A stretch of DNA of 32,000 nt from Candidatus Iainarchaeum sp. (GTDB lineage Archaea; Iainarchaeota; Iainarchaeia; Iainarchaeales; JAZDEL01): NCBI GenBank assembly GCA_043808785.1, contig JAZDEL010000010.1, forward strand, positions 1-32,000, written 5' to 3'. Under the pieces are notes generated by a model, which worked only from the letters and a program-made list of their open reading frames with translations, was not told where the DNA came from and ran no database searches. Below are positions 31,717 to 32,000 of this stretch, in pieces; positions within the stretch are counted from its first letter, which is position 1; each line of letters opens with the position of its first letter. Position numbers and translations under genes: made by a program.

Positions 31717-31753
31717 ATTCCCCGCACCCTCGCGCATTAGTTTTTTGCCGCAT
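31701..31753 (-). repeat. perfect 16-nt echo linking the GT4 3' end to the phosphodiesterase 5' start
   Basis: The plus strand reads TAGTTTTTTGCCGCAT at 31701-31716 and at 31738-31753, which is ATGCGGCAAAAAACTA on the minus strand. The offset is 37 nt. One copy encodes AAKN-stop of the GT4 gene; the other supplies ATG-R-Q-K-T of the next gene. Confidence 0.85.
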
Positions 31754-32000
31754 TTTTTTCCCTCCCCCGCATTATTTTCCCGAACAGCACATTCGCATCC
31801 TGCGCAATCCTTTCCCATGAGAACCTCTCCGCAGCGCGCCTCCTGCCTTTCGCTGCAAATGCCGCGCTTATCCCCTTACTGTTCCTCATTTTCGAAATCG
31901 CGCCCGCCAATTCTGCGGCATCGCCCTCCCTGAAAACAATTCCCGCGTCCCCGATTACGTCGGGTATGGAGCCCGAGTCGGAGCCTATCACAGGAACGCC
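31737..32000 (-). CDS. GT4 glycosyltransferase, C-terminal fragment (gene continues beyond the window)
   Basis: IGSDSGSIPDVIGDAGIVFREGDAAELAGAI is the typical GT-B C-terminal donor-binding segment. The reading frame is open to the window edge. Confidence 0.65.
   Translation of the reverse strand, partial: GVPVIGSDSGSIPDVIGDAGIVFREGDAAELAGAISKMRNSKGISAAFAAKGRRRAAERFSWERIAQDANVLFGKIMRGREKNAAKN

Noticed and set aside
1-32000. Defence system, toxin-antitoxin module, prophage or other mobile element
   Set aside because: Every sizeable ORF has a plausible sugar or glycan function. No nuclease, ATPase, integrase, transposase or phage-like signatures were seen. The novelty, if any, lies in the glycan chemistry and the intergenic repeat and structure features.

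Overview
The window is filled almost end to end by a nucleotide-sugar and glycan biosynthesis island of about 28 genes. I saw no rRNA, tRNA, CRISPR array, transposase or integrase. Functions are assigned from motifs read in the ORF translations; no database search was run.

Gene content:
- Three different NDP-sugar dehydrogenases, including Ugd, plus a sugar-1-P nucleotidyltransferase and a UXS-type UDP-glucuronate decarboxylase.
- One Lys-type DegT aminotransferase.
- Two paralogous RfbH/E1-type enzymes with His in place of the Schiff-base Lys and a Cys cluster.
- Five extended SDRs or reductases, and a CE4 deacetylase.
- Two radical SAM enzymes: one with a B12-binding domain, one SPASM-like.
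- Two SAM methyltransferases.
- Three GT2 enzymes and two GT4 enzymes (one partial).
- Three large polytopic GT-C-like membrane proteins.
- A Wzx flippase, an LPG-synthase-TM 'flippase-like' protein, and an alkaline-phosphatase-superfamily enzyme.

Host: first genes of transcription units have an AT-rich box ending 20-28 nt before the ATG with no SD. Internal genes carry GGTG/GGAG-type SDs. This fits an archaeal (or archaeal-like) host better than a bacterial one.

Beyond the gene list, the intergenic DNA is the most unusual part:
1. A 282-bp divergent spacer holds three copies of a 23-nt promoter-like box and a 73-nt Y-shaped structured element.
2. Many gene junctions carry direct-repeat 'echoes' of the neighbouring gene terminus, stop or start codon included, 37-58 bp away.
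3. One SDR has an in-frame 90-bp insertion bounded by a 9-bp direct repeat in its Rossmann fold.
4. A TGGTACAAA-type motif occurs only in four intergenic regions.

The enzymology (two E1-like dehydrases with no E3 partner, two radical SAM enzymes, three GT2/GT-C pairs) suggests an undescribed lipid-linked deoxy or branched-sugar glycosylation pathway. That is inference.
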